Program-made: the position numbers and the translations under genes | Origin: Escherichia coli | GTDB taxonomy: Bacteria; Pseudomonadota; Gammaproteobacteria; Enterobacterales; Enterobacteriaceae | Assembly (NCBI RefSeq): GCF_016026235.1 | Contig: NZ_CP065613.1 | DNA: 64,000 bases | Reading direction: 5' to 3' (one strand) | The notes under the pieces: generated by a model | Told to the model about the DNA's origin: nothing | The model's input: the letters and a program-made list of their open reading frames with translations, nothing else | Database searches by the model: none | Part shown: positions 35,724 through 47,092 of the stretch, one piece after another | Layout: each line of letters starts with the position of its first letter | Position numbering within the stretch: position 1 is the first letter of the stretch

Positions 35724-36920
35724 CTACTGTGGTGGGTTGTTCTGCAACGTTAACATCAAACCGTCGCGACGCATCGCTGCAGCTTCTTCCGGCTTGTGCA
35801 GTCTGTCCAGCGCGTCGGCAAGCCATGCGTAATCGTAGGCGTCCGGACGTTGTTTCAGCGCCGCGCGGAAGGCGAGCGATGCTTCCTGCCATTCTCCGTG
35901 CTTCATCAGTGACTGGCCCAGTGTGCTCCACAACAGCGGGCGATCGCCGACGTTTTTGATCTGCTGGCGCAGCACTTTTTCCAGCTGTTCCGGATTGTTG
36001 GTTTTCAGTCGAGGAATCGGCAGCAGTAGGCGATCGTCGTACTGGCGTTTCAGGCCATCGATGATAATTTGCTGGGCAGTATCATGATCGTCACATTCAA
36101 TAAGATGTTCCGCCATTGCCACCTGCAACGCTACCTGATGACGCGTTTTCCGGCTTTGGTTTTTCCACCAGTTACGCAAACCTTCACTACCGTTATCGGC
36201 ACGCGCCTGATCCATCAGGCCAATCCATGCCTGTTGTTCCAGCATTGCACGATGTTCTTCATCACCAACATGGGCTTTCGCCATTGATGGGATGATATCC
36301 AGCAGCGAACTCCATGCACCTGTGCGGATATACGCCTGTTCCGCCAGACGTAATACTTCCGGATGGCGTGGCGTAACTTCCAGCAGCTTATCCACGCCGT
36401 GGCGTGCAGCATGGTTTTCATTACGGGCCAGTTGCAGACGTACACGGGTGATTTCTACCGGAATGGTGTCATTGCCGGCCAGCTCTGCTGCGCGTTCCAG
36501 ATGTTGGTTGGCGCGTGCTTCATCACCACGTTGTTGCGCGGCTTCGGCAGCCAGTAGATAGTTCACCACCGGTTGTTCCGCGTGATCGGCATTTTTCGCC
36601 ATCAGCTTTTCAACTTGCTGATAATCGCCTTCCGCCAGTTTCAGCAGCGCCTGTTCGGTCTGCTTACGGGCACGGCGACGCTTACGTCCGACAAACCACC
36701 CACGGGTGTGTGCGCCTGTGCGGAAGATCCGCCGCAGTAGCCACTCAATGGCAAACAGCACTACCATCGCCAGAATCAAAATAATCGCCAGGCCCGTGAC
36801 GCTGGTTTCGATATTGTAGTTGTCAGTCTGGATCAGCACGTAACCCTGATGACCGGCAATCATCGGGCCAACCACTATCCCCGCAATCAGCAAAACAAAG
36901 AGTAATAACACTTTTAGCAT
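35724..36920 (-). CDS. hemY: HemY (TPR-containing inner-membrane protein)
   Basis: 398-aa ORF MLKVLLLFVLLIAGIVVGPMIAGHQGYVLIQTDNYNIE... Confidence 0.93.
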   Translation of the reverse strand: MLKVLLLFVLLIAGIVVGPMIAGHQGYVLIQTDNYNIETSVTGLAIILILAMVVLFAIEWLLRRIFRTGAHTRGWFVGRKRRRARKQTEQALLKLAEGDYQQVEKLMAKNADHAEQPVVNYLLAAEAAQQRGDEARANQHLERAAELAGNDTIPVEITRVRLQLARNENHAARHGVDKLLEVTPRHPEVLRLAEQAYIRTGAWSSLLDIIPSMAKAHVGDEEHRAMLEQQAWIGLMDQARADNGSEGLRNWWKNQSRKTRHQVALQVAMAEHLIECDDHDTAQQIIIDGLKRQYDDRLLLPIPRLKTNNPEQLEKVLRQQIKNVGDRPLLWSTLGQSLMKHGEWQEASLAFRAALKQRPDAYDYAWLADALDRLHKPEEAAAMRRDGLMLTLQNNPPQ

Positions 36921-36922
36921 GG

Positions 36923-38176
36923 TTATTCTCCTTGCGGCGCGGCTGCCGGAGTATCACCTTGCGGTGCAGGTGCAGGTGCAGGTGCAGGTGCAGGTGCAGG
37001 TGCAGGTGCAGGTGCAGGTGCAGGTGCAGGTGCAGGTGCAGGTGCAGGTTTAGCTTCCGTTGTCCCCGCTGCCGGTTGTGCCAGCAGGTTACGCACGCGG
37101 GTCTGCATCAGTTTTTCCAGCATCGCCTGGCTTTGCAGGGTTTCCGGAAGATCCATCGAGATATTTTGCTGGCTTAACTGGTCCACCTCGTCGAGGAACG
37201 CTTTGGTGGTGGCATCATCAGTATCGTAGTAAGCACGTACCCAGGTGGAGACGTTCTCCAGCGCCTGGCGATAAGTCTCTTCCTGGTGACGCGGTACAGC
37301 TTGTGCTGCGACCAGCAGGCGAGAGCGAATATTTTCGCGCAGATAGATATCCTGATTTGGCGCTAACAGCGGTACGGCGGTGTCATCACGACGGCGAATC
37401 GTAATGAAGTTGTCCATAAAGTTCTGCCAGCTTTTTTGCAGATTGATACGCCATTCGCTGATGGAACTGGAAAGCTCTTCACCGTCGGAATCCATCGGCG
37501 AACCATCGCTGTCATTATCGGCCAGACGCAGGTTATCTACCTGATTTGAAAGCTGATTAAGCTTAAGGATGATGCCGTCATAATCCACCTGCGAAACTGC
37601 AGAAAGGCTGGCGATATCATCGGTAATTGCCCGACGAACGGTAATCAGACTCGGGTCATTCATATCCGCCAGGCTGGCATCTGCACTTTTCAGCAACGCT
37701 GCAGCGGTCGTGACGTCCTGATCGCTCCACAGCTTCCGTCCGGCGAGTTTCACCAGAAAATCGGCCTGAGCCAGCAGCCAGGTTTTAGCATCGCTGCCGG
37801 AAATGGTGGCGACCTTTTGTTGGACTTCATCCAACTGTTTTGCCAGCGTTTCTTGCTGACGATTCGCCTGCTTAAGCTGTGCAGCTTGTTGCTTAATAAT
37901 GCCTTCCAGCTCGGCTTTTTGGCTCTCCTGGGCTTTTTGCAATGCCGTCAGTTGGTTAGCCAGGGCATCGCTGGTGGCGGTCTGATTGACGGCCTGTTGT
38001 TTACCCCAGCCATACAAACCGACGCCCGCCGCCAGAGCAATAGCGATAGCCACCGCGCTGAGAATCAATGCGGTATTGTTCTTACTCTTTTTTTCTGTTG
38101 CGACAGGTTGTGACGTGGTGTCCACGGCCTCCCTGGTCTCTTCAACCACGGCGGAGGTTTTTTCTTGTTCCGTCAT
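36923..38176 (-). CDS. hemX: HemX (putative uroporphyrinogen-III C-methyltransferase-like membrane protein)
   Basis: 417-aa ORF; C-terminal region contains a long (Pro-Ala)n run encoded by the hexamer array. Confidence 0.9.
   Translation of the reverse strand: MTEQEKTSAVVEETREAVDTTSQPVATEKKSKNNTALILSAVAIAIALAAGVGLYGWGKQQAVNQTATSDALANQLTALQKAQESQKAELEGIIKQQAAQLKQANRQQETLAKQLDEVQQKVATISGSDAKTWLLAQADFLVKLAGRKLWSDQDVTTAAALLKSADASLADMNDPSLITVRRAITDDIASLSAVSQVDYDGIILKLNQLSNQVDNLRLADNDSDGSPMDSDGEELSSSISEWRINLQKSWQNFMDNFITIRRRDDTAVPLLAPNQDIYLRENIRSRLLVAAQAVPRHQEETYRQALENVSTWVRAYYDTDDATTKAFLDEVDQLSQQNISMDLPETLQSQAMLEKLMQTRVRNLLAQPAAGTTEAKPAPAPAPAPAPAPAPAPAPAPAPAPAPAPQGDTPAAAPQGE
36965..37048. repeat. 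tandem hexanucleotide array (TGCAGG x ~14) inside hemX
   Basis: Perfect GGTGCA/TGCAGG repeats read directly; in frame, encoding (Pro-Ala)n on the minus strand. Confidence 0.95.
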
Positions 38177-38197
38177 TATGGCTTCCTGTTATGAGAG

Positions 38198-38938
38198 TTA
38201 TTGTAATGCCCGTAAAAGCGCATCGTTGTCAGCGTTATCGGCGACCTTAATGTCTTGCCAGCCCAGTTCCCGGGCGAGTTTCGCCAAACGCTCACTGACG
38301 ACCAATAGTCGACAGCGTAGTAACCAGTGCTCACGATACCATTGTGGGATCAGCGACCAGAGTTGCTGCAACATTTCACCGCTGGTAACAACGACCGTCG
38401 TCACCTCGCGGGATTGCCAGCGCATCGCTTCTTCTGCACCATCGTAATGGATTGCGCATCGTTGATAACATTCACAAAAAGTGACCTCAGCACCGCGCGC
38501 TGTCAGGGTATCCCCAATTAGCTCACGACCGCCATTGCCACGTAATATCAGCGCACGTTTGCCCGCAATATTTTGTAATTCAGGTAATTGTAGCAAGACT
38601 TCGCTGATTTCCCGATCCTGCGGGTAGAGAATCTTCTGTCCGCTTACGGTATGTAGCGCCAGTGCGGTGGTGCGTCCAATGGCGAAATAATCAGGTAGTC
38701 GGGGCCATTTACGATCTTGCTGATGCAGCTGTGATTGGGCAAAAGCAACCGCGTGTTGCGAGAGGGCAAACAGCAGATCGCTCTCCCCCAGCGCCGCCAG
38801 TTGATCAGCAAGTTGCGGTAATTGTCGACCCGGAGAAAACTCAATCAGCGGAAAATGCCAGGCCACCTGCCCCAGTGTGCGCAGACGGCTCACTAACTCT
38901 TCTCCAGCGGGAGACGGGCGGGTGACCAGGATACTCAT
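38198..38938 (-). CDS. hemD: uroporphyrinogen-III synthase
   Basis: 246-aa [23 protein letters not shown]...; overlaps hemC stop. Confidence 0.93.
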   Translation of the reverse strand: MSILVTRPSPAGEELVSRLRTLGQVAWHFPLIEFSPGRQLPQLADQLAALGESDLLFALSQHAVAFAQSQLHQQDRKWPRLPDYFAIGRTTALALHTVSGQKILYPQDREISEVLLQLPELQNIAGKRALILRGNGGRELIGDTLTARGAEVTFCECYQRCAIHYDGAEEAMRWQSREVTTVVVTSGEMLQQLWSLIPQWYREHWLLRCRLLVVSERLAKLARELGWQDIKVADNADNDALLRALQ

Positions 38939-39876
38939 GTCGGGGCGTCTCCGTTATAGACTTCAGCGAGGATCTCGCGCGCGCCGTTATTCAGTAGCTC
39001 TTCTGCCAGCGAAATCCCCATTTGTTCGGCATCTTGCGGCGCACCGCGGCGTTCACCGCGAATAATCTGCGAACCGTCCGGCGCGCCGACCAGCGCACGC
39101 AGCCAGATTTCACCATCAATAAGCTCGGCGTAGCTACCAATTGGCACCTGACATCCGCCTTCGAGACGGGTATTCATGGCGCGTTCTGCGGTAACGCGCA
39201 GTGCAGTTTCGTGGTGATTCAGCGCGGCAAGCAGCTCGCGAGTGCGTGCATCATCAAGGCGGCATTCAATACCCACCGCACCTTGCCCTACCGCCGGAAG
39301 AGAAATCTCGGGTGGCAACGCGGCGCGAATACGTGACTCCAGACCTAAACGTTTTAGTCCGGCTACGGCAAGAATGATGGCATCGTATTCGCCGTTATCT
39401 AGTTTGCTCAGGCGAGTGCCGACGTTGCCGCGCAGGGAGCGGATAATCAGATCCGGGCGGCGTTCAGCCAGTTGGCACTGGCGACGTAAACTGGACGTCC
39501 CGACGATACTGCCTGCCGGTAACGCATCCAGACTGTCATAATTATTGGACACAAAGGCATCGCGAGGATCTTCACGCTCACAAATAGTGACCAACCCCAG
39601 ACCTTGCGGGAATTCAACCGGCACATCTTTCATTGAATGTACGGCGATATCGGCGCGATTCTCCAGGAGCGCGACTTCCAGCTCTTTTACAAATAAGCCT
39701 TTTCCGCCTACTTTCGCCAGCGGCGTATCAAGAATCACATCGCCGCGCGTCACCATCGGTACCAGTTCAACCACCAGGCCCGGATGGCTCGCCATCAACT
39801 TGTCTTTGACATAGTGTGCCTGCCAGAGTGCAAGTGGGCTTTGGCGTGTGGCAATTCTTAAAACATTGTCTAACAT
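38935..39876 (-). CDS. hemC: porphobilinogen deaminase (hydroxymethylbilane synthase)
   Basis: Track ORF 38935..39897; start placed at 39876 ([23 protein letters not shown], 313 aa); upstream ATG at 39897 also possible. Confidence 0.9.
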   Translation of the reverse strand: MLDNVLRIATRQSPLALWQAHYVKDKLMASHPGLVVELVPMVTRGDVILDTPLAKVGGKGLFVKELEVALLENRADIAVHSMKDVPVEFPQGLGLVTICEREDPRDAFVSNNYDSLDALPAGSIVGTSSLRRQCQLAERRPDLIIRSLRGNVGTRLSKLDNGEYDAIILAVAGLKRLGLESRIRAALPPEISLPAVGQGAVGIECRLDDARTRELLAALNHHETALRVTAERAMNTRLEGGCQVPIGSYAELIDGEIWLRALVGAPDGSQIIRGERRGAPQDAEQMGISLAEELLNNGAREILAEVYNGDAPT

Positions 39877-40262
39877 GCTTGTTACCGTCATTATCATCCG
39901 TGGTCCATCCTAACATCCTTGCCAGAGTGATGTCAGTGTTGTGGTGAAACGTAGACGCTTGCGCAAACCGTAAAATGAGGTCTGGCAGTGGATCCTGACA
40001 GGCGTTTCACGCCGTCGTAATAAGGAATTTACAGAGAATAAACGGTGCTACACTTGTATGTAGCGCATCTTTCTTTACGGTCAATCAGCAAGGTGTTAAA
40101 TTGATCACGTTTTAGACCATTTTTTCGTCGTGAAACTAAAAAAACCAGGCGCGAAAAGTGGTAACGGTTACCTTTGACATACGAAATATCCCGAATGCCG
40201 CGTGTTACCGTTGATGTTGGCGGAATCACAGTCATGACGGGTAGCAAATCAGGCGATACGTC

Positions 40263-42809
40263 TTGTACCTCTATATTGAGACTCTGAAACAGAGACTGGA
40301 TGCCATAAATCAATTGCGTGTGGATCGCGCGCTTGCTGCTATGGGGCCTGCATTCCAACAGGTCTACAGTCTACTGCCGACATTGTTGCACTATCACCAT
40401 CCGCTAATGCCGGGTTACCTTGATGGTAACGTTCCCAAAGGCATTTGCCTTTACACGCCTGATGAAACTCAACGCCACTACCTGAACGAGCTTGAACTGT
40501 ATCGTGGAATGTCAGTACAGGACCCACCGAAAGGTGAGCTTCCAATTACTGGTGTATACACCATGGGCAGCACCTCGTCCGTAGGGCAAAGTTGTTCCTC
40601 TGACCTGGATATCTGGGTCTGTCATCAATCCTGGCTCGATAGCGAAGAGCGCCAGTTACTACAACGTAAATGTAGTCTGCTGGAAAGCTGGGCCGCCTCG
40701 CTGGGTGTGGAAGTCAGCTTCTTCCTGATTGATGAAAACCGCTTCCGTCATAATGAAAGCGGCAGCCTGGGGGGCGAAGATTGTGGCTCCACCCAGCATA
40801 TACTGCTGCTTGACGAATTTTATCGTACCGCCGTGCGTCTCGCCGGTAAGCGTATTCTGTGGAATATGGTGCCGTGCGACGAAGAAGAGCATTACGACGA
40901 CTATGTGATGACGCTTTACGCGCAGGGCGTGCTGACGCCAAATGAATGGCTGGATCTCGGTGGCTTAAGCTCGCTTTCTGCTGAAGAGTACTTTGGTGCC
41001 AGCCTTTGGCAGCTCTACAAGAGTATCGATTCCCCATACAAAGCGGTACTGAAAACACTGCTGCTGGAAGCCTATTCCTGGGAATACCCGAACCCACGTC
41101 TGCTGGCGAAAGATATCAAACAGCGTTTGCACGACGGCGAGATTGTATCGTTTGGTCTCGATCCATACTGCATGATGCTGGAGCGTGTTACTGAATACCT
41201 GACGGCGATTGAAGATTTTACCCGTCTGGATTTAGTACGTCGCTGCTTCTATTTAAAAGTGTGCGAAAAGCTCAGCCGTGAACGCGCCTGCGTAGGCTGG
41301 CGTCGCGCAGTGTTGAGCCAGTTAGTGAGCGAGTGGGGTTGGGACGAAGCTCGTCTGGCAATGCTCGATAACCGTGCTAACTGGAAGATTGATCAGGTGC
41401 GTGAGGCGCACAACGAGCTGCTCGACGCGATGATGCAGAGCTACCGTAATCTGATCCGCTTTGCGCGTCGCAATAACCTTAGCGTCTCCGCCAGTCCGCA
41501 GGATATCGGCGTACTGACGCGTAAACTGTATGCCGCGTTTGAAGCATTGCCAGGTAAAGTGACGCTGGTAAACCCGCAGATTTCGCCCGATCTCTCGGAA
41601 CCGAATCTGACCTTTATTTATGTGCCGCCGGGCCGTGCTAACCGTTCAGGTTGGTATCTGTATAACCGCGCGCCAAATATTGAGTCGATCATCAGCCATC
41701 AGCCGCTGGAATATAACCGTTACCTGAATAAACTGGTGGCGTGGGCATGGTTTAACGGTCTGCTGACCTCGCGCACCCGTTTGTATATTAAAGGTAACGG
41801 CATTGTCGATTTGCCTAAGTTGCAGGAGATGGTCGCCGACGTGTCGCACCATTTCCCGCTGCGCTTACCTGCACCGACACCGAAGGCGCTCTACAGCCCG
41901 TGTGAGATCCGCCATCTGGCGATTATCGTTAACCTGGAATATGACCCGACAGCGGCGTTCCGCAATCAGGTGGTGCATTTTGATTTCCGTAAGCTGGATG
42001 TCTTCAGCTTTGGCGAGAATCAAAATTGCCTGGTAGGTAGCGTTGACCTGCTGTACCGCAACTCGTGGAACGAAGTGCGTACGCTGCACTTCAACGGCGA
42101 GCAATCGATGATCGAAGCCCTGAAAACTATTCTCGGCAAAATGCATCAGGACGCCGCACCGCCAGATAGCGTGGAAGTCTTCTGTTATAGCCAGCATCTG
42201 CGCGGCTTAATCCGTACTCGCGTGCAGCAACTGGTTTCTGAGTGTATTGAACTGCGCCTTTCCAGCACCCGCCAGGAAACCGGGCGTTTCAAGGCGCTGC
42301 GCGTTTCTGGTCAAACCTGGGGGTTGTTCTTCGAACGCCTGAATGTATCGGTACAAAAACTGGAAAACGCCATCGAGTTTTATGGCGCTATTTCGCATAA
42401 CAAACTGCACGGCCTGTCAGTGCAGGTTGAAACCAATCACGTCAAATTACCGGCGGTGGTGGACGGCTTTGCTAGTGAAGGGATCATCCAGTTCTTCTTC
42501 GAAGAAACGCAAGACGAGAATGGCTTTAATATCTACATTCTTGACGAAAGCAACCGGGTTGAGGTGTATCACCACTGCGAAGGCAGCAAAGAGGAACTGG
42601 TGCGTGACGTCAGTCGCTTCTACTCGTCATCGCACGACCGCTTCACCTACGGCTCAAGCTTCATCAACTTCAACCTGCCGCAGTTCTATCAGATTGTGAA
42701 GGTTGATGGTCGTGAACAGGTGATTCCGTTCCGCACAAAATCTATCGGTAACATGCCGCCTGCCAATCAGGATCACGATACGCCGCTATTACAGCAATAT
42801 TTTTCGTGA
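40263..42809 (+). CDS. cyaA: adenylate cyclase (class I)
   Basis: 848-aa ORF beginning with TTG at 40263 ([18 protein letters not shown]...). Confidence 0.95.
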   Translation: MYLYIETLKQRLDAINQLRVDRALAAMGPAFQQVYSLLPTLLHYHHPLMPGYLDGNVPKGICLYTPDETQRHYLNELELYRGMSVQDPPKGELPITGVYTMGSTSSVGQSCSSDLDIWVCHQSWLDSEERQLLQRKCSLLESWAASLGVEVSFFLIDENRFRHNESGSLGGEDCGSTQHILLLDEFYRTAVRLAGKRILWNMVPCDEEEHYDDYVMTLYAQGVLTPNEWLDLGGLSSLSAEEYFGASLWQLYKSIDSPYKAVLKTLLLEAYSWEYPNPRLLAKDIKQRLHDGEIVSFGLDPYCMMLERVTEYLTAIEDFTRLDLVRRCFYLKVCEKLSRERACVGWRRAVLSQLVSEWGWDEARLAMLDNRANWKIDQVREAHNELLDAMMQSYRNLIRFARRNNLSVSASPQDIGVLTRKLYAAFEALPGKVTLVNPQISPDLSEPNLTFIYVPPGRANRSGWYLYNRAPNIESIISHQPLEYNRYLNKLVAWAWFNGLLTSRTRLYIKGNGIVDLPKLQEMVADVSHHFPLRLPAPTPKALYSPCEIRHLAIIVNLEYDPTAAFRNQVVHFDFRKLDVFSFGENQNCLVGSVDLLYRNSWNEVRTLHFNGEQSMIEALKTILGKMHQDAAPPDSVEVFCYSQHLRGLIRTRVQQLVSECIELRLSSTRQETGRFKALRVSGQTWGLFFERLNVSVQKLENAIEFYGAISHNKLHGLSVQVETNHVKLPAVVDGFASEGIIQFFFEETQDENGFNIYILDESNRVEVYHHCEGSKEELVRDVSRFYSSSHDRFTYGSSFINFNLPQFYQIVKVDGREQVIPFRTKSIGNMPPANQDHDTPLLQQYFS

Positions 42810-42848
42810 TGAACGTGCCGGAAAGCGAGGCTTATCCGGCATGCAATC

Positions 42849-43169
42849 TTAGCGGAAACTGACTGTTTCACCCGCCTGCTGCGTCGCCGCCTGTTCCAGC
42901 AAATCCCAGAAGGTTTCGCCGCTGCGATCGCAAATCCACTCATCGCCTTTCAGATCAAAATGGTAGCCGCCTTGTTTGGTTGCCAGCCATACCTGGTGCA
43001 GCGGTTCCTGGCGGTTGATAATGATTTTGCTGCCGTTTTCAAAGGTAATGGTCAGCACGCCGCCGTTGATTTCGCAGTCGATATCGCTGTCGCCATCCCA
43101 GTCGTCCAGACGCTCTTCAATGGTCAGCCACAGTTGATCAGCCAGGCGATGAAATTCACTGTCGTTCAT
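42849..43169 (-). CDS. cyaY: frataxin homolog CyaY
   Basis: 106-aa [46 protein letters not shown]... Confidence 0.95.
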
Positions 43170-43631
43170 TGTTGTATCCTGTTTTTAAGTGATGGCGGCA
43201 GTATAGCGGCATGGGGTCAGGGCTTCAAAGTTTGCACCTCTGCTGCTGCGTTCCGGCATGATTCATCCGTCACCGGAATAATGATGTCTCTGTGTAGCGA
43301 AAGATTTGTCTCTTCATTAGGGCGCAGTTACACCACGCCTTTCCCTGTTTCTGGTAAACATTATGATCAGGTTTACCGAGCGAGCATCCTCACGCTGACG
43401 GAACTAAAAAAGCCAACAAACAAACTACATTGCGATAGTGCATAGAGCCATCTTGGCGCGAGGTGCCGATCACGAAACTACCAGCAAAACATAAATCCCC
43501 ACGAGTAAGCGTTATACTCGCAGCATTTCCTCACTTTTCAGACTTTATAAAGAGTCGCTAAACGCTTGCTTTTACGTCTTCTCCTGCGATGATAGAAAGC
43601 AGAAAGCGATGAACTTTACAGGCAATCCATA

Positions 43632-43835
43632 ATGAAAAACGTGTTTAAGGCACTCACTGTATTACTTACTCTCTTCAGCCTGACGGGCTGCGGTCTGAAA
43701 GGTCCGCTCTATTTCCCGCCTGCAGATAAAAATGCACCGCCGCCGACCAAACCGGTAGAGACGCAAACGCAATCCACGGTGCCGGATAAAAACGATCGCG
43801 CCACTGGCGATGGTCCATCCCAGGTGAATTACTAA
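43632..43835 (+). CDS. yifL: small lipoprotein YifL
   Basis: 67-aa ORF with signal peptide and lipobox LTGC (MKNVFKALTVLLTLFSLTGCGLKGPLYFP). Confidence 0.85.
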   Translation: MKNVFKALTVLLTLFSLTGCGLKGPLYFPPADKNAPPPTKPVETQTQSTVPDKNDRATGDGPSQVNY

Positions 43836-43871
43836 AAGTCAGTTTCTGTACCCGCGTGATTGGAGTAAATG

Positions 43872-44696
43872 ATGCAGTTCTCGAAAATGCATGGCCTTGG
43901 CAACGATTTTATGGTCGTCGACGCGGTAACGCAGAATGTCTTTTTTTCACCGGAGCTGATTCGTCGCCTGGCTGATCGGCACCTGGGGGTAGGGTTTGAC
44001 CAACTGCTGGTGGTTGAGCCGCCGTATGATCCTGAACTGGATTTTCACTATCGCATTTTCAATGCTGATGGCAGTGAAGTGGCGCAGTGCGGCAACGGTG
44101 CGCGCTGCTTTGCCCGTTTTGTTCGTCTGAAAGGACTGACCAATAAGCGTGATATCCGCGTCAGCACCGCCAACGGGCGGATGGTTCTGACCGTCACCGA
44201 TGATGATCTGGTCCGCGTAAATATGGGCGAACCCAACTTCGAACCTTCCGCCGTGCCGTTTCGCGCTAACAAAGCGGAAAAGACCTATATTATGCGCGCC
44301 GCCGAGCAGACAATCTTATGCGGCGTGGTGTCGATGGGAAATCCGCATTGCGTGATTCAGGTCGATGATGTCGATACCGCGGCGGTAGAAACGCTTGGTC
44401 CTGTTCTGGAAAGCCACGAGCGTTTTCCGGAGCGCGCCAATATCGGTTTTATGCAAGTGGTTAAGCGCGAGCATATTCGTTTACGCGTTTATGAGCGTGG
44501 GGCAGGAGAAACCCAGGCCTGCGGCAGCGGCGCGTGTGCGGCGGTTGCAGTAGGGATTCAGCAAGGTTTGCTGGCCGAAGAAGTACGCGTGGAACTCCCC
44601 GGCGGTCGTCTTGATATCGCCTGGAAAGGTCCGGGTCACCCGTTATATATGACTGGCCCGGCGGTACATGTCTACGACGGATTTATTCATCTATGA
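43872..44696 (+). CDS. dapF: diaminopimelate epimerase
   Basis: [21 protein letters not shown]...; 274 aa (track ORF begins one codon earlier). Confidence 0.95.
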
Positions 44697-45400
44697 AGCA
44701 ACCAGGGGAAGAACTGCAGGAAACACTCACGGAGCTTGATGACCGGGCGGTTGTCGATTATCTGATTAAAAATCCTGAGTTTTTTATCCGTAATGCGCGC
44801 GCAGTAGAAGCGATACGTGTGCCGCATCCGGTACGCGGCACCGTTTCGTTGGTCGAGTGGCACATGGCCCGCGCACGTAATCATATTCATGTTCTGGAAG
44901 AGAACATGGCGCTGTTGATGGAACAGGCTATCGCCAACGAAGGCCTGTTTTATCGCCTACTCTACCTGCAGCGCAGTCTCACCGCCGCCAGCAGTCTCGA
45001 CGATATGCTGATGCGCTTTCACCGCTGGGCGCGCGATCTCGGCCTGGCAGGTGCGAGTCTGCGCCTGTTTCCGGATCGCTGGCGCTTAGGTGCGCCGTCG
45101 AACCACACTCATCTGGCATTAAGCCGTCAGTCTTTCGAACCGCTGCGTATTCAGCGTTTGGGGCAGGAACAGCACTATCTTGGACCGCTTAACGGACCTG
45201 AGCTGCTGGTGGTGCTACCTGAAGCGAAAGCAGTGGGATCGGTGGCGATGTCGATGCTGGGAAGCGATGCTGATTTGGGTGTCGTGCTGTTTACCAGTCG
45301 CGATGCCAGTCACTATCAACAAGGGCAAGGAACGCAGTTACTTCATGAAATTGCGCTGATGTTGCCGGAGCTTCTGGAGCGTTGGATTGAACGCGTATGA
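44693..45400 (+). CDS. yigA: DUF484-family protein YigA
   Basis: 235-aa ORF overlapping dapF stop and xerC start; dapF-yigA-xerC-yigB operon order. Confidence 0.85.
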
Positions 45401-46293
45401 CCGATTTACACACCGATGTAGAACGCTACCTACGTTATCTGAGCGTGGAGCGCCAGCTTAGCCCGATAACCCTGCTTAACTACCAGCGTCAGCTTGAGGC
45501 GATCATCAATTTTGCCAGCGAAAACGGCCTGCAAAGCTGGCAGCAATGTGATGTGACGATGGTGCGCAATTTTGCTGTACGCAGTCGCCGTAAAGGGCTG
45601 GGAGCAGCAAGCCTCGCGTTACGGCTTTCTGCGCTACGTAGCTTTTTTGACTGGCTGGTCAGCCAGAACGAACTCAAAGCTAACCCGGCGAAAGGTGTTT
45701 CGGCACCGAAAGCGCCGCGTCATCTGCCGAAAAATATCGACGTCGACGATATGAATCGGCTGCTGGACATTGATATCAACGATCCCCTCGCTGTACGCGA
45801 CCGTGCAATGCTGGAAGTGATGTACGGCGCGGGTCTGCGTCTTTCCGAGCTGGTGGGGCTGGATATCAAACACCTCGACCTGGAGTCTGGTGAAGTGTGG
45901 GTAATGGGGAAAGGCAGCAAAGAGCGCCGCCTGCCGATTGGTCGCAACGCTGTGGCGTGGATTGAGCACTGGCTTGATTTGCGCGACCTGTTTGGTAGCG
46001 AAGACGACGCGCTTTTTCTGTCGAAACTGGGCAAGCGTATCTCCGCGCGTAATGTGCAGAAACGCTTTGCCGAATGGGGCATAAAACAAGGGCTGAATAA
46101 TCACGTTCATCCGCATAAATTACGTCACTCGTTCGCCACGCATATGCTGGAGTCGAGCGGCGATCTTCGTGGTGTGCAGGAGCTGCTGGGTCATGCCAAC
46201 CTCTCCACCACGCAAATCTATACTCATCTTGATTTTCAACACCTTGCCTCGGTGTACGATGCGGCGCATCCACGCGCCAAACGGGGGAAATAA
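45397..46293 (+). CDS. xerC: tyrosine site-specific recombinase XerC
   Basis: 298-aa ORF; C-terminal HxxR...Y catalytic region ([10 protein letters not shown] ... TQIYTHL). Confidence 0.95.
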
Positions 46294-47009
46294 TGCGTTT
46301 TTACCGGCCTTTGGGGCGCATCTCGGCGCTCACCTTTGACCTGGATGATACCCTTTACGATAACCGTCCGGTGATTTTGCGCACCGAGCGAGAGGCGCTT
46401 ACCTTTGTGCAAAATTATCATCCGGCGCTGCGCAGCTTCCAGAATGAAGATCTGCAACGCCTGCGCCAGGCGGTACGGGAAGCGGAACCCGAGATTTATC
46501 ACGACGTGACGCGTTGGCGTTTTCGTTCGATTGAACAAGCGATGCTCGACGCCGGGCTGAGTGCCGAAGAAGCCAGTGCAGGCGCACACGCAGCAATGAT
46601 TAACTTTGCCAAATGGCGCAGCCGAATCGACGTCCCGCAGCAAACTCACGACACCTTAAAACAGCTGGCGAAGAAATGGCCGCTGGTGGCGATCACCAAC
46701 GGTAACGCCCAGCCGGAACTGTTTGGTTTGGGGGATTATTTTGAGTTTGTGCTGCGCGCTGGCCCGCACGGGCGCTCAAAACCGTTCAGCGATATGTACT
46801 TTTTGGCTGCGGAAAAACTCAACGTGCCGATCGGCGAGATCTTACATGTTGGGGACGATCTCACCACTGACGTGGGTGGGGCAATTCGCAGCGGAATGCA
46901 GGCTTGTTGGATCAGACCGGAAAATGGCGATCTGATGCAAACCTGGGACAGCCGTTTACTGCCGCATCTGGAAATTTCCCGGTTGGCATCTCTGACCTCG
47001 CTGATATAA
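46293..47009 (+). CDS. yigB: HAD-family phosphatase YigB
   Basis: 238-aa ORF with HAD motif I ([12 protein letters not shown]). Confidence 0.9.
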
Positions 47010-47018
47010 TCAGCAAAT

Positions 47019-47034
47019 CTGTATATATACCCAG
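47019..47034 (+). promoter_or_regulatory. LexA (SOS) box of uvrD
   Basis: CTGTATATATACCCAG = CTG-N10-CAG with AT-rich core, ~60 bp upstream of uvrD start. Confidence 0.85.
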
Positions 47035-47092
47035 CTTTTTGGCGGAGGGCGTTGCGCTTCTCCGCCCAACCTATTTTTACGCGGCGGTGCCA

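Noticed and set aside
36965-37048. Possible CRISPR array
   Set aside because: Repeat unit is only 6 bp with no spacers; it is a coding microsatellite, not a CRISPR repeat-spacer array. No CRISPR array is evident anywhere in the window.
36932-37177. Plus-strand ORF encoding (Arg-Cys)n across the hemX repeat
   Set aside because: Antisense translation artefact of the hexanucleotide array; hemX on the minus strand is the coding frame.
42960-43445. 161-aa plus-strand ORF spanning cyaY and the cyaY-yifL spacer
   Set aside because: First ~70 codons are antisense to cyaY; no SD, no recognisable protein features; treated as spurious.
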